NCBI GenBank assembly: GCA_965224755.1
Contig: OZ245061.1
Location: forward strand, 2,247,612 to 2,311,611
DNA: 64,000 nucleotides
Direction: 5' to 3'
Source: Hellea sp.
GTDB lineage: Bacteria > Pseudomonadota > Alphaproteobacteria > Caulobacterales > Maricaulaceae
The notes under the pieces were generated by a model. That model did no database searches. It was given only the letters and a program-made list of their open reading frames with translations, and had not been told where the DNA came from. Every line of letters begins with the position of its first letter. Within the stretch, counting starts at the first letter, position 1. Both the position numbers and the translations under genes were made by a program. Shown here one piece after another: positions 54,089-64,000 of the stretch.

Positions 54089-55746
54089 AGGTTGAGGCCA
54101 CTGTCCTTGGCGCAATCCACCGCTATATCATAACCGGCATCGGCGTGGCGCATGACCCCTGTTGCCGGGTCGTTCCAGAGCACGCGCTCAATGCGCCGCG
54201 CGGCGTCGTCTGTGCCGTCGGCGCAGATGACCATGCCGGAATGCTGCGAATAGCCCATACCGACACCGCCGCCGTGATGCAGCGACACCCATGTCGCGCC
54301 GGAGGCTGTATTGAGCAGAGCATTGAGCAGCGGCCAGTCGGAGACCGCGTCCGAGCCGTCTTTCATCGATTCTGTTTCGCGGTTGGGCGAGGCGACAGAG
54401 CCCGAGTCGAGATGGTCGCGGCCTATGACGACGGGCGCGCTAAGCTCCCCGCTGCGCACCATTTCGTTGAAAGCGAGGCCCAATTTATGGCGCTGACCCA
54501 ATCCTACCCAGCAGATACGGGCAGGCAGGCCTTGGAAGGCAATACGCTCGCGCGCCATATCGAGCCAGTGGTGGAGATGTTCGTCATCAGGGATAAGCTC
54601 TTTAACCTTGGCATCTGTCTTATAAATATCTTCGGGATCGCCCGAAAGCGCCACCCAGCGAAACGGGCCGATCCCCCGGCAAAAGAGCGGACGGATATAG
54701 GCGGGAACAAAACCGGGGAAAGCAAAGGCGTTTTCCAGCCCTGCATCTTTGGCGACTTGGCGAATGTTATTACCGTAATCCAGTGTTGGAATGCCCTGTT
54801 CCCAGAACGCCACCATGGCCGCGACTTGGGTTTTCATTGAGGCTCGCGCGGCCTTTTCAACGGATTTTGGGTCTGTCTCCCTCGCCGCCTGCCACTGGCT
54901 CATTGTCCAGCCTTGCGGGAGATAACCATTAAGCGGATCATGGGCCGAAGTCTGGTCGGTGACCATATCGGGTTTGACGCCGCGCCGCAGAATTTCGGGA
55001 AATATATCAGCGGCATTACCTAACAACCCGACCGATTTAGCTTCGCCTGCCGCCGTCCATTTTTCGATCAAGGCAAGCGCTTCGTCCAATGTTTCGGCCT
55101 TGGCATCGACATAACCTGTGCGCAGCCGGAAATCTATTCGGGTCGGGTCGCATTCGACGGCAAGGCAGCAGGCCCCGGCCATAACCGCCGCCAAAGGCTG
55201 CGCTCCGCCCATGCCGCCAAGCCCGGCTGTGAGAATCCAGCGGCCTTTCAGATTACCGTCATAATGCTGCCGCCCAGCTTCGACAAAAGTTTCATATGTG
55301 CCCTGCACAATACCTTGCGTGCCGATATAAATCCACGACCCCGCCGTCATCTGGCCATACATCATCAGGCCCTTTTTATCGAGTTCGTTAAAATGATCCC
55401 AATTGGCCCAAGCGGGCACCAAATTGGAATTGGCGATTAACACGCGCGGGGCGTCTGTATGGGTACGAAAGACCCCGACCGGTTTGCCGGATTGCACCAA
55501 CAAGGTTTCGTCTTCTTCCAAGGTTTTTAAACTGGCAACGATTTTGTCAAAATCTTCCCATGTCCGCGCGGCCCGGCCAATGCCGCCATAGACGACTAGC
55601 TCATGCGGGTTCTCGGCCACATCGGGATGAAGATTATTCATCAACATCCGCATCGGTGCTTCGGTCAACCAAGACTTGGCCGTGATCTCGGAGCCTGTAG
55701 CAGGGTAAATATCGCGGCTGTTTTTACGAGACTTTGTCATATGCAA
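54052..55746 (-). CDS. hutU: Urocanate hydratase
   Basis: 564 aa; Met at 55740 is also a possible start. [12 protein letters not shown] and other urocanase blocks. Confidence 0.93.
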   Translation of the reverse strand: MHMTKSRKNSRDIYPATGSEITAKSWLTEAPMRMLMNNLHPDVAENPHELVVYGGIGRAARTWEDFDKIVASLKTLEEDETLLVQSGKPVGVFRTHTDAPRVLIANSNLVPAWANWDHFNELDKKGLMMYGQMTAGSWIYIGTQGIVQGTYETFVEAGRQHYDGNLKGRWILTAGLGGMGGAQPLAAVMAGACCLAVECDPTRIDFRLRTGYVDAKAETLDEALALIEKWTAAGEAKSVGLLGNAADIFPEILRRGVKPDMVTDQTSAHDPLNGYLPQGWTMSQWQAARETDPKSVEKAARASMKTQVAAMVAFWEQGIPTLDYGNNIRQVAKDAGLENAFAFPGFVPAYIRPLFCRGIGPFRWVALSGDPEDIYKTDAKVKELIPDDEHLHHWLDMARERIAFQGLPARICWVGLGQRHKLGLAFNEMVRSGELSAPVVIGRDHLDSGSVASPNRETESMKDGSDAVSDWPLLNALLNTASGATWVSLHHGGGVGMGYSQHSGMVICADGTDDAARRIERVLWNDPATGVMRHADAGYDIAVDCAKDSGLNLPGILDVDDALA

Positions 55747-56521
55747 TCTCTTCTAAGGTCTTGAGAATGGTTTGAAGATGGGGCCGAATATGGGCGGCTC
55801 TTGCCGAATCGTAATTCCACGGCGGGGCGCCGTCTATATAGGTGGATTGGGTCAGCTCCATCTGGATGGCGTGAATGCCGTTTTCAGGCTGGCCATAATG
55901 CCGCGTTGTCCAGCCGCCTTTAAAACGGCCATTGACGACGCAGCTATATCCTTCAGCCACTTTGCAGATATTAGCGGCGGCTTGCTCAAAGGCAGAGCCG
56001 CAGCTCTTACCGTCATTTGTGCCGATGTTAAAATCAGGGAGTGTGCCTTCAAAAAGAAAAGGCGCTTCGGCTTTGATCGAATGGCAGTCATAGAGCAAGG
56101 CGGTGCCGTGCCTTGCGCGCACCCGCGCAATTTCCGCCTCAAGCGCGGCGTGATAGGGCGCATGAAATTTTAGTCTTCGGCGTTCAATTTCAGCCGTATT
56201 GGGTTCACAATCTTTTTTATAGATCGGCTGATTATCAAAATCTATCAACGGGCACAGGCTCGTTGTGTTTTGCCCCGGATAGAGGCTTTGCCCTGATGGG
56301 TCGCGATTAGCGTCAATGACATAGCGGTGATAGGCCGCTCTCACGATTGTCGCATTATCGATCAAACCTTCATAAAGTCGATGCACATGCCAATCCGTAT
56401 CGGCAAGCGCGCGGCCTCTATCATTCAGGCCTAGGAAAATATCTTCCGGCACGAATAATCCCGTATGCGGCATAGCGAGGATGAGCGGACTATCGCCTTG
56501 TGATATTTCTACGAGGTTCAT
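55724..56521 (-). CDS. hutG: N-formylglutamate amidohydrolase
   Basis: 265 aa. LILAMPHTG ... DANRDP fits the FGase family. Sits within the hut operon together with hutF. Confidence 0.85.
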   Translation of the reverse strand: MNLVEISQGDSPLILAMPHTGLFVPEDIFLGLNDRGRALADTDWHVHRLYEGLIDNATIVRAAYHRYVIDANRDPSGQSLYPGQNTTSLCPLIDFDNQPIYKKDCEPNTAEIERRRLKFHAPYHAALEAEIARVRARHGTALLYDCHSIKAEAPFLFEGTLPDFNIGTNDGKSCGSAFEQAAANICKVAEGYSCVVNGRFKGGWTTRHYGQPENGIHAIQMELTQSTYIDGAPPWNYDSARAAHIRPHLQTILKTLEEIAYDKVS

Positions 56522-58062
56522 TTAGCTGAAAGCCGAAAGTCAGGCAGGCCGCCGCCAGCCTCAACAATGGCGCGAGATTTAATTAACTGCGTAGCAATAG
56601 CCAGATCAGGCGCAAGGAAACGGTCTTCTTCCAATCGAGGCACATCTTGGCGCAGGCGGGAGATAACGTCTTGTAATACCTTACTGGTTTTAAGCGGCGT
56701 GCGAAACTCCACGCCTTGAGCGGCGCAAAGAAGCTCAACACCGAGAATGCCGGAGAGGTTAGCATTCATCCGCCATAACCGCCTTGCCCCATGCGCCGCC
56801 ATAGAGACATGATCTTCCTGATTGGCGCTGGTCGGGGTGGAATCTGTCGAGCAGGGATTGGCGAGATGCTTATTCTCGCTCATGAGTGCCGCCGTTGTCA
56901 CTTCGGCGATCATATAACCGGAATTCAGCCCCGGATCAGGGGTCAGGAAGGGCGGCAGATCAAAGCTAAGTGTTGGATCAACCATGAGCGCAACGCGGCG
57001 CTGCGCGATAGAGCCGATCTCGGCAATAGCGAGGGCCATCTGGTCAGCGGCGAAGGCCACAGGCTCAGCGTGGAAATTACCGCCGGAAACAATACTATTG
57101 GTCTCGCTGAGCACTAAAGGATTATCGGTCACGGCATTGGCTTCGATAACCAGCGTTTTTGAGGCCATGCGCAGAAGGTCAATACAGGCCCCGGTGACTT
57201 GCGGTTGGCAGCGGATACAATAGGGGTCTTGCACCCGCGTGTCGTCTTCGCGGTGGCTATCGCGAATTTCAGAACCGTCGAGTAAACCGCGCATGGCGGC
57301 GGCAGTTTCAATCTGCCCACGATGGCCGCGCAGACTGTGAATTTCCGCAAGCAGCGGCGCGGTCGAGCCCATAATGGCGTCGGTCGAAAGCGCAGAGGTG
57401 ACAATCGCGGCTTCGGCATTACGCCAAGCACCAAATAAAGCGGCTAAAGCGTAAGCGGTCGAAAATTGCGTGCCGTTGATAAGCGCCAAACCTTCTTTCG
57501 CGCCCAGCGTAATCGGGGTGAGCCCCGCGCGTTTTAAGGCTTGCGCCGCCGGCATAGTTTTGCCCTGATATTCAGCCTCTCCTTCGCCGATCATAGCGGC
57601 AGCCATATGGGCAAGCGGGGCAAGATCGCCGGACGCGCCGACCGAGCCTTGGGCAGGCACAAGCGGGGTGACGCCTTTCTCTAGCATGTCTTCGATCAGC
57701 TTAATGAGGTCCCAGCGCACACCGGAAGCCCCGCGCCCCAAGGAGAGGAGTTTTAAGGCCATCATCAGGCGCGTAATCTCTGTTTCGGTTGCCATTCCAA
57801 CGCCGCAGCAATGGGACAAGATCAGATTGCGCTGCAATTTAGCTGTATCCTTGGCGGCGATTTGGACGCTAGCCAGTTTTCCAAATCCCGTATTGACGCC
57901 GTAAACAGGGTCGCCTTGTTTAACCGCGGCGCTGATTTGCGCGGCGGCCGCCTCGACGGCTGGCTTGGCAGCGCGGTCGAGTTTCGCAGGCCGCCCCGAA
58001 CGGTAGAGCGTTTCAAGCTCGCTTAGGGTGACGTGGCCCGGCTTAAGAATAATATGAGTCAT
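56518..58062 (-). CDS. hutH: Histidine ammonia-lyase
   Basis: 514 aa. MIO-forming [14 protein letters not shown]. Confidence 0.94.
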   Translation of the reverse strand: MTHIILKPGHVTLSELETLYRSGRPAKLDRAAKPAVEAAAAQISAAVKQGDPVYGVNTGFGKLASVQIAAKDTAKLQRNLILSHCCGVGMATETEITRLMMALKLLSLGRGASGVRWDLIKLIEDMLEKGVTPLVPAQGSVGASGDLAPLAHMAAAMIGEGEAEYQGKTMPAAQALKRAGLTPITLGAKEGLALINGTQFSTAYALAALFGAWRNAEAAIVTSALSTDAIMGSTAPLLAEIHSLRGHRGQIETAAAMRGLLDGSEIRDSHREDDTRVQDPYCIRCQPQVTGACIDLLRMASKTLVIEANAVTDNPLVLSETNSIVSGGNFHAEPVAFAADQMALAIAEIGSIAQRRVALMVDPTLSFDLPPFLTPDPGLNSGYMIAEVTTAALMSENKHLANPCSTDSTPTSANQEDHVSMAAHGARRLWRMNANLSGILGVELLCAAQGVEFRTPLKTSKVLQDVISRLRQDVPRLEEDRFLAPDLAIATQLIKSRAIVEAGGGLPDFRLSAK

Positions 58063-59297
58063 TCTGCGCCTCCAAAGATACGCTTATATAAGGGATTAAG
58101 CCCCATGCGATAGGAGAGTTCGGCGGGGTGTTCGGCATCCCAGATAGCAATATCGGCCCGCATGTCTTTGGCCAGAGTGCCGCAATCCGTTAGTCCCAAA
58201 GCTTGTGCGGCATTACGGGTTGTGCCTACCAGAGCCTCTTCAGGGGTTAAGCGAAAGAGCGTGCACCCCATATTCATGGCCAGCAAAATCGAGGTTAGCG
58301 GCGATGTGCCCGGATTGCAATCCGTCGCTACTGCCATGGGCACACCGGCTTTTCGGAAAGCCTCAATCGGCGGCAACTGTGTTTCACTCAGTGCATAAAA
58401 CGCTCCGGGGAGCATCACGGCAACGGTTCCTAACTCCGCCATGGCGGTCACGCCGGCCATATCCAAAAATTCGAGATGGTCGGCGGATAGAGCGCCATAA
58501 CCCGCCGCCAGTTTTGCGCCGCCCATATTTGAGAGCTGTTCGGCATGGAGTTTTACAGGGAGTCCGAGTGCTTTAGCGGCGTCAAAGACCCGCGTGATTT
58601 GGACTGTAGTAAAGCCTATTGTTTCGCAGAACCCGTCAACGGCATCGACTAAACCTTCGGCGTGGGCGGCGTTTAAAACCGGGATGCAGACCTCGTCAAT
58701 ATAAGCGTCCGCATCGTCTTTATATTCAGCAGGCAATGCGTGAGCGCCGAGATATGTCGTGCGAATTCTAATCGAGCGTTTTTCGCCGATGCGGCGGGCG
58801 ACGCGGAGCATTTTAAGTTCGTTCGCTTCATCGAGCCCATAGCCCGATTTAATTTCGAGTGTGGTCACGCCTTCGGCGATGAGCGCGTCCACCCGTTTCA
58901 GAGCGCTCGCAAGCAGACTCTCTTCATCGGCCTCGCGCGTAGCTTTGACGGTCGAGACGATGCCGCCTCCCGCCCGCGCGATGTCGGCATAGCTCGCGCC
59001 TTCAAGCCGCATTTCAAATTCGCGGGCGCGGTTGCCGCCGTGAACGATATGGCTGTGGCAATCTATCAAAGCAGGGGTGATGAGCCTACCGCCCATGTTG
59101 TCCGCGGGCCAATCTTTATACTTAGCTGGCAAGTGATCCATCGATCCGCACCAAGCAATATTACCATTCGATAGGACCAAAGCTCCATTCGCGATCAGGC
59201 CATATGGCTCTCCACCGGGAACCATAGTTGCCAAAGCGGCATGAGTAAGAAGCCTGTTTTGCAAGTCGCGATCCGTTCTTGATTTTAATATGCGCAC
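58059..59297 (-). CDS. hutI: Imidazolonepropionase
   Basis: The track ORF runs to 59498, but that extension overlaps hutF and is not HutI-like. I prefer GTG 59297; TTG 59264 is an alternative. Either lies just before [21 protein letters not shown] motif. Confidence 0.85.
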   Translation of the reverse strand: MRILKSRTDRDLQNRLLTHAALATMVPGGEPYGLIANGALVLSNGNIAWCGSMDHLPAKYKDWPADNMGGRLITPALIDCHSHIVHGGNRAREFEMRLEGASYADIARAGGGIVSTVKATREADEESLLASALKRVDALIAEGVTTLEIKSGYGLDEANELKMLRVARRIGEKRSIRIRTTYLGAHALPAEYKDDADAYIDEVCIPVLNAAHAEGLVDAVDGFCETIGFTTVQITRVFDAAKALGLPVKLHAEQLSNMGGAKLAAGYGALSADHLEFLDMAGVTAMAELGTVAVMLPGAFYALSETQLPPIEAFRKAGVPMAVATDCNPGTSPLTSILLAMNMGCTLFRLTPEEALVGTTRNAAQALGLTDCGTLAKDMRADIAIWDAEHPAELSYRMGLNPLYKRIFGGAE

Positions 59298-59299
59298 AC

Positions 59300-59321
59300 T
59301 TATTATGTCTGCACATAATAA
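59300..59321. promoter_or_regulatory. Candidate HutC operator: TTATTATGT-ctgc-ACATAATAA
   Basis: Perfect 9-bp inverted repeat in the short divergent hutI/hutF control region. GntR-type TGT...ACA half sites. Confidence 0.5.
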
Positions 59322-59343
59322 TCTGTCAAGGCGGACATTGGGA

Positions 59344-60708
59344 ATGCAGACACTTTGGGCAAAGCAGGCTTTGACAGCAAGGGGTTGGCAAAAAGATGTT
59401 GCGCTTACGATTGGTGATGACGGGGTCATTTCTGACATCACCGCAAACGCCAAGCCGATAGGGGAGCGCATCGGCATTTTGCTTCCTGCCCCCGCCAATG
59501 TGCATAGCCATGGGTTTCAGCGGGCTATGGCCGGTATGACCGAGCGGCGCGGCGCTGACCCGGCCGATAATTTCTGGGCGTGGCGGAAATTGATGTACCG
59601 TTTTCTCGATCAACTTACCCCGGATGATATCGAAGCCATCACGGCCTTTGTGCAGATGGAGATGCTCGAAGCGGGCTATGCCGCCAGCGCCGAATTTCAT
59701 TACCTGCATCACCAAACGGGCGGCGCGCCCTATGACGACATCGCCGAGTTATCGGCGCGTATAGTAGCGGCGGCCCAGCAAAGCGGTATCGGCCTGACTT
59801 TGCTGCCCGTGCATTATGAACAAGGCGGCTGCGACGGGCGAGGCTTAGCAGCCGGGCAAGTGAGGTTTGGTAATGATATTGACGCCTATGCCAAACTCTA
59901 TGGCGGGGCTAAGGCGAAAATTACGCAATTACCGGATGATGCCACTATAGGGGTAGCGCCGCATTCTCTGCGCGCCGTAAGCCGGGAAAGCCTTAGGCAG
60001 CTAGAAAAGTTCGCACCTGAAAGCCCCTTCCATATTCATATCGCCGAACAAATTGGCGAGGTGGACGAAGTGATGACGGCTTATGGCGCGCGGCCCGTCA
60101 AATGGCTTTACGACAATCATAGCGTTGATGAACGCTGGTGCCTGATCCACGCCACCCAAATGCAGCCCCATGAAACAGAAATGGTGGCTACATCCAAAGC
60201 TGTGGCAGGTTTATGTCCGATGACCGAAGCCAATCTCGGCGACGGTATTTTCGACGGCGTTCGCTATTTAAACCATGGCGGGCGTTTCGGCATGGGTTCG
60301 GATTCCAATATTCGTATCTCTTTATGTGAAGAATTGCGGCTGCTCGAATATTCGCAGCGCTTGCGCCATAAAGCCCGCGCGGTTCTGGCCACGGAAGACG
60401 CCTCAACAGGACGTGTGTTGTTTGAAGGCGCGGCCAAGGGCGGAGCGCAGGCAGCTGGGCGCAATAGCGGCGCGATTGAAATGGGCCGTTTGGCCGACCT
60501 TATGGCGCTGGACGCCAATGCTACGGACCTCGCGGGACGGCAGGGGGATATGCTACTCGATAGTTTTATCTTCGCGGGAGATAAATCCATGATTACCGAT
60601 GTCTGGGCCGCTGGGCGGCATTTGGTCAAAGACGGAAGACACAAAAAACGAGGTGATATTACATCGAATTACCAAACCTGTATCGCCTCGCTGAAAGCGC
60701 GTCTATGA
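59344..60708 (+). CDS. hutF: Formimidoylglutamate deiminase
   Basis: The ORF is open from 59290. ATG 59344 gives [15 protein letters not shown]. Amidohydrolase motif [13 protein letters not shown]. Confidence 0.85.
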   Translation: MQTLWAKQALTARGWQKDVALTIGDDGVISDITANAKPIGERIGILLPAPANVHSHGFQRAMAGMTERRGADPADNFWAWRKLMYRFLDQLTPDDIEAITAFVQMEMLEAGYAASAEFHYLHHQTGGAPYDDIAELSARIVAAAQQSGIGLTLLPVHYEQGGCDGRGLAAGQVRFGNDIDAYAKLYGGAKAKITQLPDDATIGVAPHSLRAVSRESLRQLEKFAPESPFHIHIAEQIGEVDEVMTAYGARPVKWLYDNHSVDERWCLIHATQMQPHETEMVATSKAVAGLCPMTEANLGDGIFDGVRYLNHGGRFGMGSDSNIRISLCEELRLLEYSQRLRHKARAVLATEDASTGRVLFEGAAKGGAQAAGRNSGAIEMGRLADLMALDANATDLAGRQGDMLLDSFIFAGDKSMITDVWAAGRHLVKDGRHKKRGDITSNYQTCIASLKARL

Positions 60709-61406
60709 GGCCGCCCGTCTCACCGACATGGCAAAGCATTCAGGCCGAAGTTACCCGCCGGATTTCACAGCGGATTTGGCGCCCGGGCGAATTGATCCCT
60801 GGCGAAGTTGACCTCGCCGCTGAATTTGGCTGCGCCCGCGCGACGGTCAACCGGGCTTTGCGTCAATTAGCCGAGGCCGGCATTCTTGATCGCCGCCGCA
60901 AGGTGGGAACACGGGTCGCTCTGCACCCCGTGCGCAAGGCGACGCTTGATATTTCAATAACCCGCCGCGAGGTCGAACAACGCGGCGCTATATATACGCA
61001 TATATTATTGGAAAGGCGGCTAAGCTCTTCTCCCGCCATAATTCAAAGCCAAATGCAGCTAGCCAGAACCGCCAAACTCCTTCATCTGCGCGCCTTACAT
61101 ATGGCGGATGACCGCCCGTTTCTCTATGAAGACCGTTGGGTCAATACTGAAACGGTTCCCGATGCGCTGCACATTGATTTTAAAGCCATAAATGCCAATG
61201 AATGGCTGGTTCAAAATGCGCTGTTCACAACAGGAGACATCACTTTTTCGGCCGCAAATGCATCTGATACTGAAGCCAAACTATTAAACTGCGAGCCCGG
61301 AGATGCGATTTTTATCGTCAACCGTATCACCTGGAACGGCCCCGAGGCCATAACCGCCGTGAGGCTCGCTTATGCGCCGGGGTTTCACATGCAAACGACG
61401 ATATAG
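60705..61406 (+). CDS. hutC: Histidine utilisation repressor (GntR/HutC, UTRA domain)
   Basis: 233 aa. GEVDLAAEFGCARATVNRALRQL helix-turn-helix. Overlaps hutF by 4 nt. Confidence 0.85.
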   Translation: MRPPVSPTWQSIQAEVTRRISQRIWRPGELIPGEVDLAAEFGCARATVNRALRQLAEAGILDRRRKVGTRVALHPVRKATLDISITRREVEQRGAIYTHILLERRLSSSPAIIQSQMQLARTAKLLHLRALHMADDRPFLYEDRWVNTETVPDALHIDFKAINANEWLVQNALFTTGDITFSAANASDTEAKLLNCEPGDAIFIVNRITWNGPEAITAVRLAYAPGFHMQTTI

Positions 61407-61429
61407 CCACCTTCCCCTGCGCCATCATT

Positions 61430-62104
61430 CTATTTCGATGCCCCGAACCGACCTTTAAAAAATCGGCTAATCGCATTACCTTGCTTTGTAATATGCTCCT
61501 GCGCGGTCTCGGCATGATCGCTGATAGTTTGCGCTGCATCGCTGATTTCATCACCAATTTTATCCGCAACAGGATCAACATGTTTATGCTTTAACCTACG
61601 CAGCCACCTATAGATGCGCAGTAAAATTAAGAACAAGATCGTTAAAAATACGATGTTAAACCAAGGAATCAATAAAGTCTTCGGCCCGGCGACGCGCTTA
61701 ACTTTATAGGCATTTGGATAGGCCGAGAATAATTTTACTCGCCAGCCATAATGGCTCACCGCAACCCAGATGTCATCTTGCTTGGCCAAATCTTGAGCCG
61801 CCGCATTAAGGTCACTACTGTCGAATTTAAAATAAGGCGGAAAAGACCAATTTGTATCTTCATTGCGATAGACTCGGGCTTTACCATTTGGCCGGGTTGC
61901 ATTGATAAAGCGAACATCGCGCGTTTCTTTTGCCTGCGTTCCGGCATCAGGTTTATCCCAAAACCAGTCGCCATCTTTAATATCCATACGTTTAACATCG
62001 GTACCGACAATTTGAACAATATCCCGCGACGGCAGAAAATAACTCAGGAAAACGACCACAAACAGAATCAAGACCAGAGTAAAAATGCGTTTAATCCATT
62101 TCAT
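61430..62104 (-). CDS. DUF1523-like membrane-anchored protein
   Basis: 224 aa. N-terminal TM helix, a second TM helix (LLIPWFNIVFLTILFLILL), then a charged tail. Confidence 0.6.
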   Translation of the reverse strand: MKWIKRIFTLVLILFVVVFLSYFLPSRDIVQIVGTDVKRMDIKDGDWFWDKPDAGTQAKETRDVRFINATRPNGKARVYRNEDTNWSFPPYFKFDSSDLNAAAQDLAKQDDIWVAVSHYGWRVKLFSAYPNAYKVKRVAGPKTLLIPWFNIVFLTILFLILLRIYRWLRRLKHKHVDPVADKIGDEISDAAQTISDHAETAQEHITKQGNAISRFFKGRFGASK

Positions 62105-62237
62105 AACGTCTCTCCTATCATATTCTAGGGATTAGGCCCTATTATTCTATCGTTTTATGGCTAGGCAGTTCTGGAGTTATAGCCGCGACAAAAACCCCAT
62201 ATATTCTTAAACCTTATGCCCTTATAAGCCTGACTTG

Positions 62238-63800
62238 ATGTTTAAACGAGTTTCTACATTTTTGCGGATGATGCGCACCGGCTGGGTGCTGGCGCGCCAT
62301 GACGCGCTGGTGCCGCGTGAATATGTCGGGGCTGTGCCTTTGCCCGTACGCCTGCTGGGCGGGGTATCGCGGATATTTGCTATACGCGACCGCGCCAATA
62401 ATCCTGGCGAGCGTTTTGCCAATGCGCTGGAAAAGCTCGGCCCGGCTTATATTAAATTCGGGCAGATATTATCGACGCGCGGCGACATGCTTGATCCCGT
62501 TTTCGTGCGCGGGCTCGCCCGCCTCAAAGACAAAGTCCCGCCCTTCCCTATGAAAACGGCAGAAGACATGCTGCGCGCCGAATGGGGTATGCCGTGGCAG
62601 GACAAACTGGCCAGCCTATCCGGGCCCATCGCCGCCGCCTCTGTCGCGCAAGTACATAAAGGCGTGACAAAATCCGGCGAAACGGTGGCCGTGAAAATTC
62701 TGCGGCCTGACATCCACCGCCGTATGCGCAATGATATGGCGGTGCTGGATATGGTGGCAAGTCTGGCCGAGTTTTTCGTGCCCGATACCAAACGCCTCGG
62801 TCCCAAAAAATTCGTCCAAACCGCTGACCGCGCCGTGATGCTGGAACTGGATTTGCGCCTCGAAGCCGCCGCCTGTTCCGAGCTGTCCGAGCCCGCAATC
62901 GAGACAGGACTCTACAAAGTCCCTGCCATCCATTGGGAACTCGGCGGCAAGACTGTGTTGGTCACGCAGTGGATAGACGGCACAGCTTTGTCGGATGAGG
63001 CCATACTGACCGATCCGAAATTTGACCGCCAAGAGATCGCCCGCAAAGTCATGCAAAGCTTCCTCGCCTGTTCCTTCGATTACGGCGTCTTCCACGCCGA
63101 TATGCATGAGGGCAATATGATTATCGCGGAAGACGGCACATTATGGCTTATTGATTTCGGAATTTTGGGCCGGCTCGCGCCCAAGGAACAACGCTTTCAC
63201 GCCGAGATTCTTTACGGTTTTCTTATGCGCGATTATCAACGTATCGCCGAAGTCCATTTCGAGGCCGGCTATGTCCCCGCCCATCACACGATTGAAGACT
63301 TTGCATCAGCTTTAAGATCAGTCGGCGAACCTATATTTGGCCAGACAGCGGAAAATGTCGCCATGACTAAAGTGCTGTTACAGCTTTTCGAAATCACCGA
63401 AATCTTCGATATGGAAATGCAGCCGCAACTGATCATGCTGCAAAAAACCATGATGCAAACCGAAGGCGTCTGCCGCCGCCTCGACCCCAATTTTGATATG
63501 TGGGAAATCAGCCGCCCGATTGTCGAAGCTTCTATGCGCCGCGAATTAGGAGTCGAAGGCCGGGTCAATGATTTGCTGACGGGCCTAAACAAAGCCCGCC
63601 GCACGCTGGAACGCCTGCCCGACGCCACGGAAAACATCGCCGCCCTCGCCCAAGCCTGGGCCGACGGCGAGATTGACCTCTCCAAAGGCCCGCCAAAAGC
63701 CGCGCAAGTGACAAAACGCACACTATGGAAACCTATTGCCTATCTAGGCACAGGCGCGGTAATAGCTCTGGGCAGCGTCTGGGCGATGGCGCAGCTTTAG
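62238..63800 (+). CDS. ubiB: UbiB/ABC1 atypical kinase of ubiquinone biosynthesis
   Basis: The ORF is open from TTG 62235, with ATG at 62238. GPAYIKFGQILSTR, VAVKILRPDI, HADMHEGN. C-terminal TM helix. Confidence 0.88.
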   Translation: MFKRVSTFLRMMRTGWVLARHDALVPREYVGAVPLPVRLLGGVSRIFAIRDRANNPGERFANALEKLGPAYIKFGQILSTRGDMLDPVFVRGLARLKDKVPPFPMKTAEDMLRAEWGMPWQDKLASLSGPIAAASVAQVHKGVTKSGETVAVKILRPDIHRRMRNDMAVLDMVASLAEFFVPDTKRLGPKKFVQTADRAVMLELDLRLEAAACSELSEPAIETGLYKVPAIHWELGGKTVLVTQWIDGTALSDEAILTDPKFDRQEIARKVMQSFLACSFDYGVFHADMHEGNMIIAEDGTLWLIDFGILGRLAPKEQRFHAEILYGFLMRDYQRIAEVHFEAGYVPAHHTIEDFASALRSVGEPIFGQTAENVAMTKVLLQLFEITEIFDMEMQPQLIMLQKTMMQTEGVCRRLDPNFDMWEISRPIVEASMRRELGVEGRVNDLLTGLNKARRTLERLPDATENIAALAQAWADGEIDLSKGPPKAAQVTKRTLWKPIAYLGTGAVIALGSVWAMAQL

Positions 63801-63831
63801 ACTTGACATTAAACATATGCATATTAAATAA

Positions 63832-64000
63832 TGATATTCGAATGGAACGAAGCCAAAAGCGATTTGAACCGCAAAATGCGTAATATTGGCTTTGAGATTG
63901 TTTACGAACTCGATTGGGAAAAAGCGCAAACAATCAAAGATGATCGATTTGATTATGGCGAAGATCGTTTCTTGTCATTTTTCAAAGAAGGTTCAGCCTA
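63832..64000 (+). CDS. BrnT-like (DUF497) toxin, 5' part; the gene runs off the right edge
   Basis: My translation from ATG 63832 reads MIFEWNEAKSDLNRKMRNIGFEIVYELDWEKAQTIKDDRFDYGEDRFLSFFKEGSA. The FEWxxxK...N..K.. pattern is typical of the BrnT N-terminus. Confidence 0.5.

Noticed and set aside
59298-59498. 67-codon N-terminal extension of the hutI ORF
   Set aside because: It would overlap the hutF start region and the palindromic operator, and it has no similarity to the usual HutI N-terminus, which begins around [10 protein letters not shown].
63804-63831. TTGACA plus TAAATA as a promoter for the BrnT-like gene
   Set aside because: The putative -10 abuts the ATG, so the transcript would start inside the ORF. 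Either the promoter or the start codon choice is wrong, so only the motifs are mentioned in the finding.
1-64000. Window-wide look for CRISPR arrays, rRNA, integrases, transposases, IS ends, phage genes and multi-gene defence systems
   Set aside because: None were found. The only short-period direct repeats are at 11541..11570, 27167..27204 and 27588..27637, each explained above. The rearranged cassette has no recognisable mobility gene.

Overview
This window looks like chromosomal DNA from an alphaproteobacterium, judging by gene order and protein signatures; I cannot name the genus. There are no rRNA genes, CRISPR arrays, integrases or transposases.

**Core backbone (1 to ~27.3 kb and 54 to 63.8 kb).** This part is GC-richer and tightly packed:
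- gspD (partial), gspC, an amidase, folD, holC, pepA
- lptF, lptG, surA, pdxA, rsmA
- gmk, yicC, mltG, fabF, acpP, fabG, fabD
- a large coiled-coil protein, then rpsF, rpsR, rplI
- cmk, aroA, tRNA-Ala(GGC)
- a complete five-step histidine utilisation cluster (hutU, hutG, hutH, hutI, and divergent hutF, hutC), then ubiB

**Accessory stretch (~27.4 to 53.9 kb).** By eye this is more AT-rich. I read it as one candidate peptidoglycan (muropeptide) scavenging locus:
- An SSF symporter, broken by a 28-nt insertion, followed by a class-C beta-lactamase-fold hydrolase.
- A six-gene operon of lipoprotein peptidoglycan-peptide hydrolases that also carries a DUF819 permease and lysA.
- A divergent Oar-type TonB-dependent receptor whose promoter carries TGGTATT-type repeats, as I recall them for NagQ regulators.
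- A MurNAc/GlcNAc branch: DUF1343 (NamZ-like), murQ, a GntR regulator, nagA, a SIS-type deaminase, and a BadF-type kinase. The kinase is co-transcribed with a TPR-sulfotransferase.

**Rearrangement scars.**
- A 3.9 kb cassette (SGNH/DltD-like protein, MBOAT, TauD-like dioxygenase) sits between two interleaved pairs of diverged direct repeats. One pair includes a degenerate second copy of tRNA-Ala.
- The cassette carries a fragment of the hutU 3' end. A matching TauD remnant lies next to the real hutU about 19 kb away.

**Smaller oddities.**
- An AT-rich orphan gene with a TM helix and a PD-(D/E)xK-like motif, wedged between rsmA and gmk.
- Two long palindromic intergenic elements.
- A frameshifted membrane-protein gene.
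- A stand-alone ParB/Srx-like mini-protein.
- A BrnT-like toxin gene cut by the right edge.

All functional calls come from motif recognition in the supplied translations and my own reading of the DNA. No database searches were run.
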